Below are positions 1-10,108 of a DNA stretch of 64,000 nt, in pieces. The DNA comes from Candidatus Cloacimonadales bacterium. Its GTDB lineage: Bacteria; Cloacimonadota; Cloacimonadia; Cloacimonadales; JAFGVF01. Numbering within the stretch: position 1 is the first letter of the stretch; every line of letters begins with the position of its first letter. The notes under the pieces are model-generated. The model saw only the letters and a program-made list of their open reading frames with translations, had not been told where the DNA came from and did no database searches. The stretch is taken from the NCBI GenBank assembly GCA_963678315.1, contig OY782781.1, positions 1,216,001-1,280,000 of the forward strand. The letters are read 5' to 3'. Position numbers and translations under genes: made by a program.

Positions 1-954
1 GGTTTGTGTAAAAATGCTGGAAAAACTTCATTACTAAATTGGATAGTTTCTAATATTCCTGACAATGAAGATGTTGTCTTGATGACAACGGGTAGAGATG
101 GGGAAGATTTTGACCAAGTTGGAGGTCATGAAAAACCAAAAGTTCTAGTTCCTAAAGGAACTATATTTGTTACTCATGATGGTGTTCTAAGTCAGTTTGG
201 AGAAAGAATAGAAGTTTTAGAAAAGACTGATTATAAAGCTGGTCCTTATCGAGTTTGGGTTGCAAGGGCACTTGACTCATTAAAGACTGAGATTATCGGA
301 CCTTCAACAGCTAAAGAACAAATTGAATTAAGCCAAGAACTAAAAAAATATAAACCAGCTAAAATATTTATTGATGGTTCTTTAGACAGAAAGGCAATTA
401 CCCTCCATCCAGAAGTAGATGAAATAATTGTTGTGTTAAGTGCGAATTTTGGTTCTATTGATAACAATATTGAAGAGCTTAGTCGCTTGCTATTGCTAAC
501 ACAAATAAGAACTACTGAAACAAACAACATTGCTATTGAAAGCCTGTCACTAATAAAAGAAAATAAGATAATTAAATCTTGGGATAGTCTCTTAGGTAAC
601 GAAGAAGAATTTGTTAAAGAAGTTAGAAAAGAGTGTCCAGAATACATCTTGATACCAGGAGTTGTAACTAACTCTGTATGGGAAAAAATTAGTAAGCAGT
701 TAATTGATTTTGGTGGAGCAGTAATAGTGAACCATCCATATCAACTACAATTAAGAAAGTTTGAACTTGAACAGTTAATTAACACAGTGAATATAAAATG
801 TGTACATGAATTTGAGATAAGTGGTATTGGAATAAACAGTTATTCAGTAAAAGGTAAACACTTGGACTCAGATTTATTTAGATCTCGTATCAGAGAATTA
901 TGTGATTTGCCTATAGTCGATAGCATGGAGATATTAAATGAAATGTGTAAATAA
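1..954 (+). CDS. KamB-like P-loop protein (lysine 5,6-aminomutase reactivase-type), 5'-truncated by the window edge
   Basis: The frame is open from position 1. The G-L-C-K-N-A-G-K-T P-loop, TTGRDGE..D.V...KP and IDGSLDRK motifs resemble KamB-family proteins. Confidence 0.6.
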   Translation, partial: GLCKNAGKTSLLNWIVSNIPDNEDVVLMTTGRDGEDFDQVGGHEKPKVLVPKGTIFVTHDGVLSQFGERIEVLEKTDYKAGPYRVWVARALDSLKTEIIGPSTAKEQIELSQELKKYKPAKIFIDGSLDRKAITLHPEVDEIIVVLSANFGSIDNNIEELSRLLLLTQIRTTETNNIAIESLSLIKENKIIKSWDSLLGNEEEFVKEVRKECPEYILIPGVVTNSVWEKISKQLIDFGGAVIVNHPYQLQLRKFELEQLINTVNIKCVHEFEISGIGINSYSVKGKHLDSDLFRSRIRELCDLPIVDSMEILNEMCK

Positions 955-1834
955 ATCTGTAACTTTGGGGTTAATTACTAATGTTATTTTTGCAGTAATG
1001 AAGACCCTTATAGGTATTTATGGAAGGTCTCAAGCTTTAATTGCTGATGGCATAAATTCTACTTCTGATGTAGCCTATTATTTAGCCGTTTCTATATTCA
1101 TGAAAAAGTCTAATAAGCCAGCAGACAAAGAGCATCCTTATGGTCATAAACAGTTAGATAATATTGCAGCTATAGTAGTTGGGGCTTTTATTATAACAAC
1201 AGGTGCAACTATATTCTGGAATGCAATAACCACAGTTTATGAGATATTTAGTGGTTCTTATCAAGAATCAAGCAAACCTTTATTTCCTTTAATAGTAGCT
1301 GGAATTACTATAATTACAAAGATGTTCCTATATTTGGATGCTAAGAGCACATATGGTAAGTCTAAAAATCCAACAATACGAGCATTGATGAATGACCATA
1401 TAAATGATTTAATGGCTTCAATTGCTGTATTAGTCAGTTTAGTTATTACTATGATAAATTCTGGTTTATCTTGGGTAGATCCAATCGCATCTTGCTTAGT
1501 AGCTGGATTTATTCTGAAAACAGGCTTTGAAATTATTATTGATTCTTCTAACGAACTTATGGACTCAATACCAGATAACGACTTTGCTCGTCAGATTGAA
1601 AAGATAATTTTGAACCACAGCAATGTCTTTGGTATCACCCATATTGGGGCACATAAGTATGGACCAACTTATGTAATTAATATTACTATTGAAGTTGAAC
1701 CTAGCTTGTCAATTGCTCAAGGGGATATTATTTGTGATAAAATCGAAAACGACCTCTTAAGCAAGTTTGAAGAGTCAGTAAAAAAAGTAAATATACACTT
1801 TCACCCACCTAAGGAAAATAAAACAAGTCTCTAA
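938..1834 (+). CDS. Cation diffusion facilitator (CDF) family transporter
   Basis: S.ALIADG..S..D, PADKEHPYGH, DHIND motifs, TM helices and a C-terminal dimerisation domain ending HFHP. Confidence 0.92.
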   Translation: MKCVNKSVTLGLITNVIFAVMKTLIGIYGRSQALIADGINSTSDVAYYLAVSIFMKKSNKPADKEHPYGHKQLDNIAAIVVGAFIITTGATIFWNAITTVYEIFSGSYQESSKPLFPLIVAGITIITKMFLYLDAKSTYGKSKNPTIRALMNDHINDLMASIAVLVSLVITMINSGLSWVDPIASCLVAGFILKTGFEIIIDSSNELMDSIPDNDFARQIEKIILNHSNVFGITHIGAHKYGPTYVINITIEVEPSLSIAQGDIICDKIENDLLSKFEESVKKVNIHFHPPKENKTSL

Positions 1835-2032
1835 ATGCAAACATAAGGCAATATTTACTTGACTGAAAGAAGATAAAACAAAAAATCCTTGCATATTTCT
1901 TCAAAATTTAAGAAATTGTATCTGTTATAAAATAGGTAACATAAACTCATTAAATTAGATTTGTTGAGTTGTGATTTAGATAGTTCTGCATTGTTAATCA
2001 ATAGTAGAACAAAAGAATTTTAGGAGTATTTA

Positions 2033-2992
2033 ATGAATATATTAATAACTGGTGGAGCTGGATTTATAGGTTCTCATTTAGCAGAGAAACTTCTAGCTCA
2101 AGGAAATAGAGTTGTAGTCTTAGATAACCTATCAACAGGTTCTCTAGATAACGTAAAACATCTAAGAAATAACGATAAATTTGAATTGCATATTGGTTCA
2201 ATCCTCAATGCAGAATTACTAGAATCATTAGTTAAAGAATGTGACATTGTTTATCACATGGCTGCAGCAGTAGGTGTTAAATATATTATAGAAAACCCTT
2301 TATTATCTCTTAGAACTAATATAGTCGGAACTGAGAATGTTCTTGAGTTTGCTCATAAATACAGATGCAAAGTATTAGTCGCTTCTACTTCTGAAATCTA
2401 TGGTAAAAGTGATAATATTCCTTTCTCTGAAGAAGATGACAGGCTTCTTGGCTCAACTCATATCAGTAGATGGGGATATAGTACAGCTAAAGCAGTTGAT
2501 GAATTCTTAGCTCTTGCATATCACAGAGAAAAGAAACTTCCTGTGGTTATAGTTAGATTATTCAATACTGTGGGTCCTAGACAGACAGGCCAATACGGAA
2601 TGGTGATTCCTAAGTTTATTAAAGCAGCCTTGTTAGATCAACCAATCGTTATCTATGGTACAGGAAAGCAAAGCAGATGTTTTACAGATGTAGATGATGT
2701 TTCTGATGCCTTGATAAAATTAATGGCTACACCAAAGTGTGAAGGTAAAATCTTTAATGTAGGTTCAACAGAATCAATCTCTATTGAAGAGCTTGCTCAA
2801 AAGATTAAAAAGGCAGCGAAGAGTCATTCAAAAATTGAATATATGGCTTATGAAGATGTATTTGAAGATGGTTTTGAAGACATGATGAAAAGAATGCCCG
2901 ATATCTCTAAAATAGAAAAGTATATAGGCTATAAAAGAAAACACAATCTAGATAAAATTATTGATAGAGTAATCACATATTATGAATCGTAG
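2033..2992 (+). CDS. NAD-dependent nucleotide-sugar epimerase/dehydratase (extended SDR)
   Basis: TGGAGFIGSH Rossmann motif, YxxxK (YSTAK), RLFNTVGPRQ. Confidence 0.92.
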   Translation: MNILITGGAGFIGSHLAEKLLAQGNRVVVLDNLSTGSLDNVKHLRNNDKFELHIGSILNAELLESLVKECDIVYHMAAAVGVKYIIENPLLSLRTNIVGTENVLEFAHKYRCKVLVASTSEIYGKSDNIPFSEEDDRLLGSTHISRWGYSTAKAVDEFLALAYHREKKLPVVIVRLFNTVGPRQTGQYGMVIPKFIKAALLDQPIVIYGTGKQSRCFTDVDDVSDALIKLMATPKCEGKIFNVGSTESISIEELAQKIKKAAKSHSKIEYMAYEDVFEDGFEDMMKRMPDISKIEKYIGYKRKHNLDKIIDRVITYYES

Positions 2993-4421
2993 AATTCTAT
3001 TAGTAGTAACAGTTCTTCTTATTGTAAGCAGTTTATTCTCATTACCAATTAATGTTTCTATTGTTGGTTCTGTTGATAATCCAGGGGTTTATGTCTTTGA
3101 TTCAAATAATAGACTATCCCAAGCAGTACAATTTATAGAGTTAAGCAGTTTACAGAGTATTGGAAGCGAACTTCAGTCAGATAAAGCTGAAATGCTAGTT
3201 GATGTTGAGAATAATCAACAGCTATCAGGTAGTTTAAAAGCAGATATGATTGCAGAAACCAATATGAAAAAGATTGAAGGTTTAGAACAAGCCAGAGAAT
3301 TAAAAAGTACATTGGGACAAGAAGAATATATTATTCCAGAGATATCTTATAGGAAAGTTGTCTTAATCAGAAATGGGGAAGAGAAAGAGATTAATCTTTT
3401 GAACTTCTTTTTGACAGGTAGCTTGGAAAATAACCCTTACCTACTCAATGAAGATGTTATTAAACTATTCCCAGTGGAAAGAAGTGTTCAAATTCAAGGA
3501 GCTGTTAATAAAGCAGGTACAATTGAGTTTGTAGAAGGAGAGAGACTCTCTGATGCTGTTAAGTATGCTTTTGGTTTTAAGCTTTCTGCAGATATTAGTC
3601 ATGTTCTAGTAGATAGATATTCTGAAGATGGGTCATTAACTAAAATCTATGTTGATTACACAGCTGTGAAAGAGAATATTGATTCAGAACAAAATATTAA
3701 ACTGCAACATAATGATAAGATTAGTGTGTTTGAAAAGACTTTCTACATTGAAGAGAAAATAGCAGAAGTCAGAGGATTAGTTAAATATCCTGGTGAATAT
3801 GCTATTGATGATAATTCAACATTATTGGATGTCTTGACTCAGGCTGGAGGTCCACTTAAAAGTGCGGACTTAAATTTTGCTATATTAATAGATAAAAATG
3901 TAGCGGATACATTCGATCCGGATTTAGAAAGGTTAATGAGCTTAAACATGGCTCTTATGTCCTCTAGCGAATACTCTTACTATCAATCTAAATTGAGAGA
4001 GATCTCAGGTAAACACTATGTTAACATAAAGAAGCTTTGGGAAACTAAAGATGAAAAGTATAATAGGCCGTTAAATAATGGCGATATTATTATTATAAAA
4101 GAAGCAGTACTTACAGTTAATATCTCTGGTGCTGTGTTTAATGCTGGACTGCAACCATGGGAAGAAGGAAAAACTTGGGAAGAATATGTAACTTCTGCAG
4201 GTGGACTTATTCCTTCTGCCTATGAAAGCAAAGCAAAGGTTATACGATATCAGTCAGGTGTTTGGATAGACCTAGAAGATGACACTCCTATTTATCCTGG
4301 AGATGAAGTCTTTATTCCTGAACACAAAGATAGAACTACATGGGATTATGTTGTGGAAGGTTTGGCTATCACAGCACAGGTTATGACAATCATATTGGGT
4401 GTTCATACCCTTACTAAATAA
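2982..4421 (+). CDS. Polysaccharide export protein with SLBB repeats (Wza/KpsD-like)
   Basis: Signal peptide, repeated V.G.V..PG.Y SLBB motifs (AGG), C-terminal amphipathic helix. Confidence 0.8.
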   Translation: MNRRILLVVTVLLIVSSLFSLPINVSIVGSVDNPGVYVFDSNNRLSQAVQFIELSSLQSIGSELQSDKAEMLVDVENNQQLSGSLKADMIAETNMKKIEGLEQARELKSTLGQEEYIIPEISYRKVVLIRNGEEKEINLLNFFLTGSLENNPYLLNEDVIKLFPVERSVQIQGAVNKAGTIEFVEGERLSDAVKYAFGFKLSADISHVLVDRYSEDGSLTKIYVDYTAVKENIDSEQNIKLQHNDKISVFEKTFYIEEKIAEVRGLVKYPGEYAIDDNSTLLDVLTQAGGPLKSADLNFAILIDKNVADTFDPDLERLMSLNMALMSSSEYSYYQSKLREISGKHYVNIKKLWETKDEKYNRPLNNGDIIIIKEAVLTVNISGAVFNAGLQPWEEGKTWEEYVTSAGGLIPSAYESKAKVIRYQSGVWIDLEDDTPIYPGDEVFIPEHKDRTTWDYVVEGLAITAQVMTIILGVHTLTK

Positions 4422-4442
4422 TATATGTTTTAGGAGCTAACG

Positions 4443-5549
4443 ATGAAAGTTGATTTATTAGATTTAAACGCACAATACGAAAATATACTTCCAAAAATCA
4501 AAGAAGAAATAAACAATGTACTCGAAACACATAAATATATTTTAGGACCTCAAGTTAAAGAGTTTGAGGGTAAAGTTCAAGACTACTTAGGTGCTAAATA
4601 TGCAATTGGCTGTTCTTCAGGAACTGATGCGCTTGTTTTAGCTTTAAAAGCTTTAGAAGTGGGTCCTGGTGATGAAGTTATTACAACTCCTTTTACTTTC
4701 TTCGCTACTGCAGGATCAGTAGCAAGAGTTGGAGCTACTCCTGTTTTTGTAGATATTAAAAGTGATACATTTAATATTGATCCTGATAAAATAGAAGCTG
4801 CGATTACCGATAAAACAAAGGTTATTATGCCGGTTCATTTATTCGGTCAAGCTTCAGAAATGGACAAGATTATGGCTATTGCTAAGAAACATAATCTAAG
4901 AGTCATTGAAGATAATGCCCAAGGTATTGGAGCTAAGTTTGATGGTAAATGTGCAGGAACTATTGGAGATATAGGAACCTTATCATTCTTCCCAAGTAAG
5001 AACTTAGGTTGCATGGGTGATGGTGGAATGTGTTTAACTAATGATGAACAACTTGCTAAAGACTTAGCTCAATTAAGAAAGCATGGAGAAAATCCGAAAT
5101 ACTTCCATAAGTGGGTTGGCTTGAACAGCAGACTTGATACTATCCAAGCAGCCGTACTTAATGTGAAAATAGATTATTTAGAGGGGTGGTCAGAACAGCG
5201 CAGAAATAACTCAAAGTTATACTATGAAATGCTAGCTGATGTCAAAGGTATAGAACTTCCATTCATTCACGAGAAAGCTCAAACTATCTATAATCAGTTT
5301 ACTTTGAAAGTAGAAAGAAGAGATGAATTAATGGCATTCTTAAAAGAGAATGAAATTGGTTGTGCTATCTACTATCCAAAACCACTTCATATCCAAGAAT
5401 GCTTTGAAGAATTAGGCTATAAAGAAGGTGATTTACCTGTTTCTGAAGAGGTAGCTAAAAAGGTTCTTTCTATACCTATCTATTCAGAACTTCCACAAGA
5501 ACAACAGCTTTTCGTGATTGAAAAGATTAAAGAATTTTATACAAAATAA
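4443..5549 (+). CDS. DegT/DnrJ/EryC1/StrS family PLP-dependent aminotransferase
   Basis: SGTDAL, PVHLFGQ, EDNAQ, SFFPSKNLG..GDGG, NSRLD motifs. Confidence 0.95.
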   Translation: MKVDLLDLNAQYENILPKIKEEINNVLETHKYILGPQVKEFEGKVQDYLGAKYAIGCSSGTDALVLALKALEVGPGDEVITTPFTFFATAGSVARVGATPVFVDIKSDTFNIDPDKIEAAITDKTKVIMPVHLFGQASEMDKIMAIAKKHNLRVIEDNAQGIGAKFDGKCAGTIGDIGTLSFFPSKNLGCMGDGGMCLTNDEQLAKDLAQLRKHGENPKYFHKWVGLNSRLDTIQAAVLNVKIDYLEGWSEQRRNNSKLYYEMLADVKGIELPFIHEKAQTIYNQFTLKVERRDELMAFLKENEIGCAIYYPKPLHIQECFEELGYKEGDLPVSEEVAKKVLSIPIYSELPQEQQLFVIEKIKEFYTK

Positions 5550-5563
5550 AAGGATTTTAAATT

Positions 5564-6346
5564 ATGAATATAATTGTATGTATTAAACAAGTTCCAGATA
5601 CTACAGAAATTAAAATTGACCCTGCTACAAATACACTTATTCGTGAAGGGGTTGAAAGTATCTTAAATCCATTTGATACTTACGCTTTAGAAGAAGCTCT
5701 CAGATTAAAAGAACAGCATGGTGGTAAGATAACTGCTCTTACAATGGGACCACCTCAAGCAGAGGCAATTCTTAAAGAAGCTATTTCTTTAGGTGTTGAT
5801 GAAATAATACTACTTTCTGATAGAAAGTTTGCAGGTGCTGATACTTGGGCTACAAGTAATGCTCTTGCTGCAGGTGCTAAGAAGATTGGTGATTATGATC
5901 TAATCCTTTTTGGGCAACAAGCTATTGATGGTGATACTGCACAGGTTGGACCTGGTGTTGCTACCCATTTGAATATTCCACAAACATGTTTTGTTAAGAA
6001 AATAGAGTCTTATGAAGATAACAAGATTACTTGTCAACGCTTGATGGAAGAAGGTTATGATGTTGTTGAAATGCAACTTCCTGCTGTAATCTCTGTTGTG
6101 AAAGAGATTAATATTCCAAGGTTACCTTCTCTTCGTGGTAAAAGAAATGCCCGTAAAGCAAGCCCAATAGTATGGACTGCTGATGATTTAGGTCTTGATG
6201 AAAAAGAGATTGGACTTAATGGTTCACCTACTCAGGTTGTTGAAATATTCTCACCTCAAATGAACAAGACTGGACAAATGTTCGAAGGAAGTCCAGAAGA
6301 AGCAGTTGATTTGATTGTAAAAAGCATAAAAGAAGCTTCTGTATAG
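5564..6346 (+). CDS. etfB: Electron transfer flavoprotein subunit beta
   Basis: IVCIKQVPD, DRKFAGADTWAT, GQQAIDGDTAQVGP, GSPT motifs. Confidence 0.95.
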   Translation: MNIIVCIKQVPDTTEIKIDPATNTLIREGVESILNPFDTYALEEALRLKEQHGGKITALTMGPPQAEAILKEAISLGVDEIILLSDRKFAGADTWATSNALAAGAKKIGDYDLILFGQQAIDGDTAQVGPGVATHLNIPQTCFVKKIESYEDNKITCQRLMEEGYDVVEMQLPAVISVVKEINIPRLPSLRGKRNARKASPIVWTADDLGLDEKEIGLNGSPTQVVEIFSPQMNKTGQMFEGSPEEAVDLIVKSIKEASV

Positions 6347-6352
6347 ATTATT

Positions 6353-6380
6353 GGCTCGCATTGTGCGAGCCTTTTTATTT
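6353..6380 (+). terminator. Intrinsic terminator after etfB
   Basis: GGCTCGCA-TTG-TGCGAGCC hairpin followed by a T-tract. Confidence 0.85.
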
Positions 6381-6460
6381 TGTTTAAAAGGGTTAAATTT
6401 AATCTTTTCTTTAGAATGTGGACAGGTCTACATTCTTAACTTATTTATGGAGTAATCGAT

Positions 6461-7273
6461 ATGATAACTTTTCCTGATATAAAACCATATATATTCAAAG
6501 CTAATATTGGAAGCTTTCCTCTTGAAATTAGATATTATGGACTTCTTTATCTAGTTAGCTTTGTTCTTGGTTATATTTTTGTTAAAAGAAACTTAAAATA
6601 CCGTGATATTAAAATCTCACGTGAGTTATATGATGATCTAATTTTTTCTATTGCTTTAGGAGTAATTATTGGTGGAAGAGTGGGTTATATGCTATTTTAC
6701 GCTTTTCCACAGTTTATTAGTAATCCTCTGACCATATTTCATGTTTGGGAGGGAGGAATGGCTTTTCACGGCGGGGCTTTAGGAGTAGTGATATCTAGCT
6801 ATATTTATTGTAGACGAAAGAAGATAAACTTCTTCGGAGCTGGTGATGCAGTTATGCCTTATGTGGCAGTGGGATTAGGCTTAGGAAGACTGGGTAACTT
6901 CATTAATGCTGAACTTTATGGTTCTCCAACCTCCTTACCATGGGGAGTCCTTTTCCCTGGTGAAACAATAGCAAGACATCCTTCTCAGCTGTACGAAATG
7001 TTACTAGAAGGTGTTTTAATGTATATTCTTCTACAGTGGATGCTTGTTAAGTCTAAAAGAGAAGGTATAGTCTTTTGGTCTTTCTTCATATTTTATGGGG
7101 TTGCAAGAATTCTAGTTGAGTTTGTAAGATTACCAGACCAGCTTCCATCATTATATCCTAATGGACTGCTATACGGATTTTTACCAATGTCTCAAGGACA
7201 GTTCCTATCTTCTTTTATGATTATAGCAGGTAGCTTAGGATTAATTTATACCTTTAGGAAGAAGCAAGCATGA
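6461..7273 (+). CDS. lgt: Prolipoprotein diacylglyceryl transferase
   Basis: GGRVGY, WEGGMAFHGG, GRLGNFINAELYG, HPSQLYE motifs. Confidence 0.96.
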   Translation: MITFPDIKPYIFKANIGSFPLEIRYYGLLYLVSFVLGYIFVKRNLKYRDIKISRELYDDLIFSIALGVIIGGRVGYMLFYAFPQFISNPLTIFHVWEGGMAFHGGALGVVISSYIYCRRKKINFFGAGDAVMPYVAVGLGLGRLGNFINAELYGSPTSLPWGVLFPGETIARHPSQLYEMLLEGVLMYILLQWMLVKSKREGIVFWSFFIFYGVARILVEFVRLPDQLPSLYPNGLLYGFLPMSQGQFLSSFMIIAGSLGLIYTFRKKQA

Positions 7274-7899
7274 AAAAGCTACTAGTAATCTTTTTATTCT
7301 TAGCTATATTAGTAGGATGTTCAACCCATAAAGAGCTAACTATGGAAGAGAAAAAGACTAGGTTAAAGCAGAATCTTGCCCAACTGAATAGATTCCAAGC
7401 AACAGGTATCTTAGAAGTTAACTACAAGGAACTTTCTTTAAAGAAAGAATTCATTATGAAGAAGAATCCACAAGAAATAAGGTTTGATGCTATTAATAGC
7501 GGAGTAATGGCTCTCACAGTATCACCTTTTGCATCTGGGTATATTGGAGAAGAAGTCTATATTACTTCATATAATAACGAGACTTTTGAAGATGTAATTA
7601 TGCCTTTTGACCAAGTACAGCCATACTTGGATTTTGAATCCTTTACTCCCGCTGAAATCAACAATATCATTCAGACAAAGAGATTTGTTGTGGGAGAAAT
7701 GATAATGACTTTTAATGACTCTTATCAGGTAGCTACTTTTGAGTTGGATAATAAAGAAGTTAAGTTTATTTATAATAAGCAGAATATTCTGGATACTTTG
7801 ACAATTGATGATGATGAGGTTGATGCAAAGTTAGTTTTAGATACATTTAAAATTGGTGATTATAAGATTAATAAAATAAATAGGAGAAACCATGATTAA
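7270..7899 (+). CDS. Lipoprotein, possibly LolA/LolB-like fold
   Basis: Lipobox LVG-C, beta-rich body, translationally coupled to lgt. The fold is an inference. Confidence 0.6.
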   Translation: MKKLLVIFLFLAILVGCSTHKELTMEEKKTRLKQNLAQLNRFQATGILEVNYKELSLKKEFIMKKNPQEIRFDAINSGVMALTVSPFASGYIGEEVYITSYNNETFEDVIMPFDQVQPYLDFESFTPAEINNIIQTKRFVVGEMIMTFNDSYQVATFELDNKEVKFIYNKQNILDTLTIDDDEVDAKLVLDTFKIGDYKINKINRRNHD

Positions 7900-9187
7900 A
7901 AGATACACTCGTGAAGAAATGGGTAATATCTGGGAAATGCAGAACCGCTATCAATGCTGGTTAGATGTAGAAATAGCAGCTTGTAAAGCTATGAACGAAA
8001 TGGGAATTGTTCCTGATGAAGATTTAAAGAACATTATTGAAAAAGCAGACTTCAATGTTGAACGTGTGGATGAAATTGAACTGACAACAAAACACGATAT
8101 CATTGCTTTCTTAACTAATGTTGCTGAATATGTTGGACCTTCTTCAAGATGGATTCACTATGGAATGACTTCTTCCGATGTTCTTGACACAGCAACAGCT
8201 ATCCAATGTAAGCAGGCTGGTCAACTAATCCTATCAGAACTGCAAGTTTTTGCTGAATCATTAAAAAAGAAAGCTATTGAATACAAAGACACAGTTTGTA
8301 TAGGACGTTCACATGGTATCCACGCAGAGCCAACTTCTTTTGGACTTAAATTCACTCTTTGGTATGATGAGATGAAACGTAATATCGAAAGAATGAAAAG
8401 AGCTAATGAAGTAGTTTCAGTAGGGCAAATTTCTGGTGCTGTTGGTAACTATGCTCACCTTTCTCCTGAGATTGAAGAAAAAGCATGTAAGCATTTAGAC
8501 CTAAAACCTGTGAACATTGCAACACAAGTTATTCAACGTGATAGACATGCTGAATTCTTAACTACACTTGCTTTAATTTCTTCTTCTATTGAAAAGATTG
8601 CTATCGAAATTAGACATCTTCAAAGAACTGAAGTGAGAGAAGCTGAAGAAAGATTTACTAAAGGACAAAAAGGTTCTTCTGCTATGCCACATAAGAGAAA
8701 CCCTATTGTTACTGAACAAATGACAGGTCTAGCTAGACTTATCAGGTCTAATGCAATGGCTGCTATCGAAAATAATGCTCTTTGGCACGAAAGAGATATA
8801 TCTCACTCTTCTGTTGAACGTGTAATTCTTCCTGATTCAACAATTTTAGTTCATTATATGCTCGGAAAGATGATTAAATTAATTGATAATCTTGCTGTAT
8901 ATCCTGAAAATATTAAGAAGAATCTAGAGCTAACAGGTGGTCTTGTATTCTCACAAGTTCTATTGCTTAAATTGGCATCTAAAGGTGTTTCTCGTGAAGA
9001 TAGTTATGCTATGGTTCAAAGAAATGCTATGAAAGCTTGGGAAGAAGGAGATAACTTCAAAGAACTTATTCTTAATGATAATGATATTATGTCTGTTATC
9101 TCTAAAGAAGACTTTGATGAAGTATTCTCTTATGATAGATATATTGCTAATGTTGACTTTATTTTGAAAAGAGCTGGAATATTATAA
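7892..9187 (+). CDS. purB: Adenylosuccinate lyase
   Basis: HYGMTSSD, GRSHGIHAEP, GSSAMPHKRNP signature. Confidence 0.97.
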   Translation: MIKRYTREEMGNIWEMQNRYQCWLDVEIAACKAMNEMGIVPDEDLKNIIEKADFNVERVDEIELTTKHDIIAFLTNVAEYVGPSSRWIHYGMTSSDVLDTATAIQCKQAGQLILSELQVFAESLKKKAIEYKDTVCIGRSHGIHAEPTSFGLKFTLWYDEMKRNIERMKRANEVVSVGQISGAVGNYAHLSPEIEEKACKHLDLKPVNIATQVIQRDRHAEFLTTLALISSSIEKIAIEIRHLQRTEVREAEERFTKGQKGSSAMPHKRNPIVTEQMTGLARLIRSNAMAAIENNALWHERDISHSSVERVILPDSTILVHYMLGKMIKLIDNLAVYPENIKKNLELTGGLVFSQVLLLKLASKGVSREDSYAMVQRNAMKAWEEGDNFKELILNDNDIMSVISKEDFDEVFSYDRYIANVDFILKRAGIL

Positions 9188-9242
9188 GATAAACATATAG
9201 AAATTTATGATGTAAATTAATATAATTTTACTGTTTACTCAA

Positions 9243-9390
9243 TAGCCTCCTGCATTAAATGGCGATTTTATGCAGGAGGCTAGTATGTTTATTCTGTATG
9301 ACATAATATATAACGATTGTCTCTGTAGTGTGCATATCTTTGCGTAAGCATGAAGTTTCTTCAACCTACCGGTGGATGCTTACACTCCAA
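9243..9390. repeat. REP-like palindromes (the first may also terminate purB)
   Basis: TAGCCTCCTGCAT..ATGCAGGAGGCTA hairpin, with related copies at 17907 and 30492. GTAAGCAT...GGTGGATGCTTACACTCCA is nearly repeated at about 60036-60081. Confidence 0.7.
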
Positions 9391-9400
9391 AAAATGAGCA

Positions 9401-9437
9401 AAAAAAAAGATTGAAGAAGCTAAGCATCCTCAATCTA
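9401..9437 (-). terminator. Intrinsic terminator of the small minus-strand ORF
   Basis: On the minus strand, AGATTGAGGATGC-TTA-GCTTCTTCAATCT followed by a T-run. Confidence 0.75.
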
Positions 9438-9454
9438 TCAAAATCTTTATTGTA

Positions 9455-9589
9455 TTAAGGTGTTGGTTGTTCCAATTTTAATTTAATATCTTCATCTTGG
9501 AAAGTATAATTAATTGGTGTTTCAATAATCTTTTGAATTTTCTGCGCTCTGATTTTTCTTTGTTCTGCTTGACTCAACTTCTTTTTCAT
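9455..9589 (-). CDS. Small 44-aa hypothetical protein (not in the ORF track)
   Basis: MKKKLSQAEQRKIRAQKIQKIIETPINYTFQDEDIKLKLEQPTP. GGAG RBS 7 nt upstream and a terminator directly downstream. Confidence 0.65.
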   Translation of the reverse strand: MKKKLSQAEQRKIRAQKIQKIIETPINYTFQDEDIKLKLEQPTP

Positions 9590-10108
9590 AATCATTCTCC
9601 TTTTTAAGTTTATTAGTTAATCTACTAACCACTGATAATATAATTAAAATAGCCCTTTTTGGCAAATTAATTATTAATTAATTTTTTGTTTAGCATTTGT
9701 TAATATTTTACAGGTTATTTCTAATTTCTGACTATTGTCTTTAAAACGTCTTTTATCTTCCTTACTTTAAACTTTAAAAAATATTCTTGTTTGTTAAAGG
9801 TTGAAGTAAGAGCTTATAAATAAGGGACTTATATTAATTTATGTATTAAATATTATTTTGTAATCCGTAATTTAACTACCTACCAACAATAGAAAATATA
9901 TATTGGATATTAAGTATTATTATAATAATAAACTAAGATAATCTTGTCAATAAATAAATCCATTTTATGTAAAATCACTTAATTTCTAATATTAGTCAGT
10001 AGCTTTATCTAACATTAATCTTTAGATGCATTGAAAAAACTTGACAATAACATGAATTTATTTCAAGTTTATTAGTTATAGAAATAATCACACATAATAA
10101 AGGAAATC

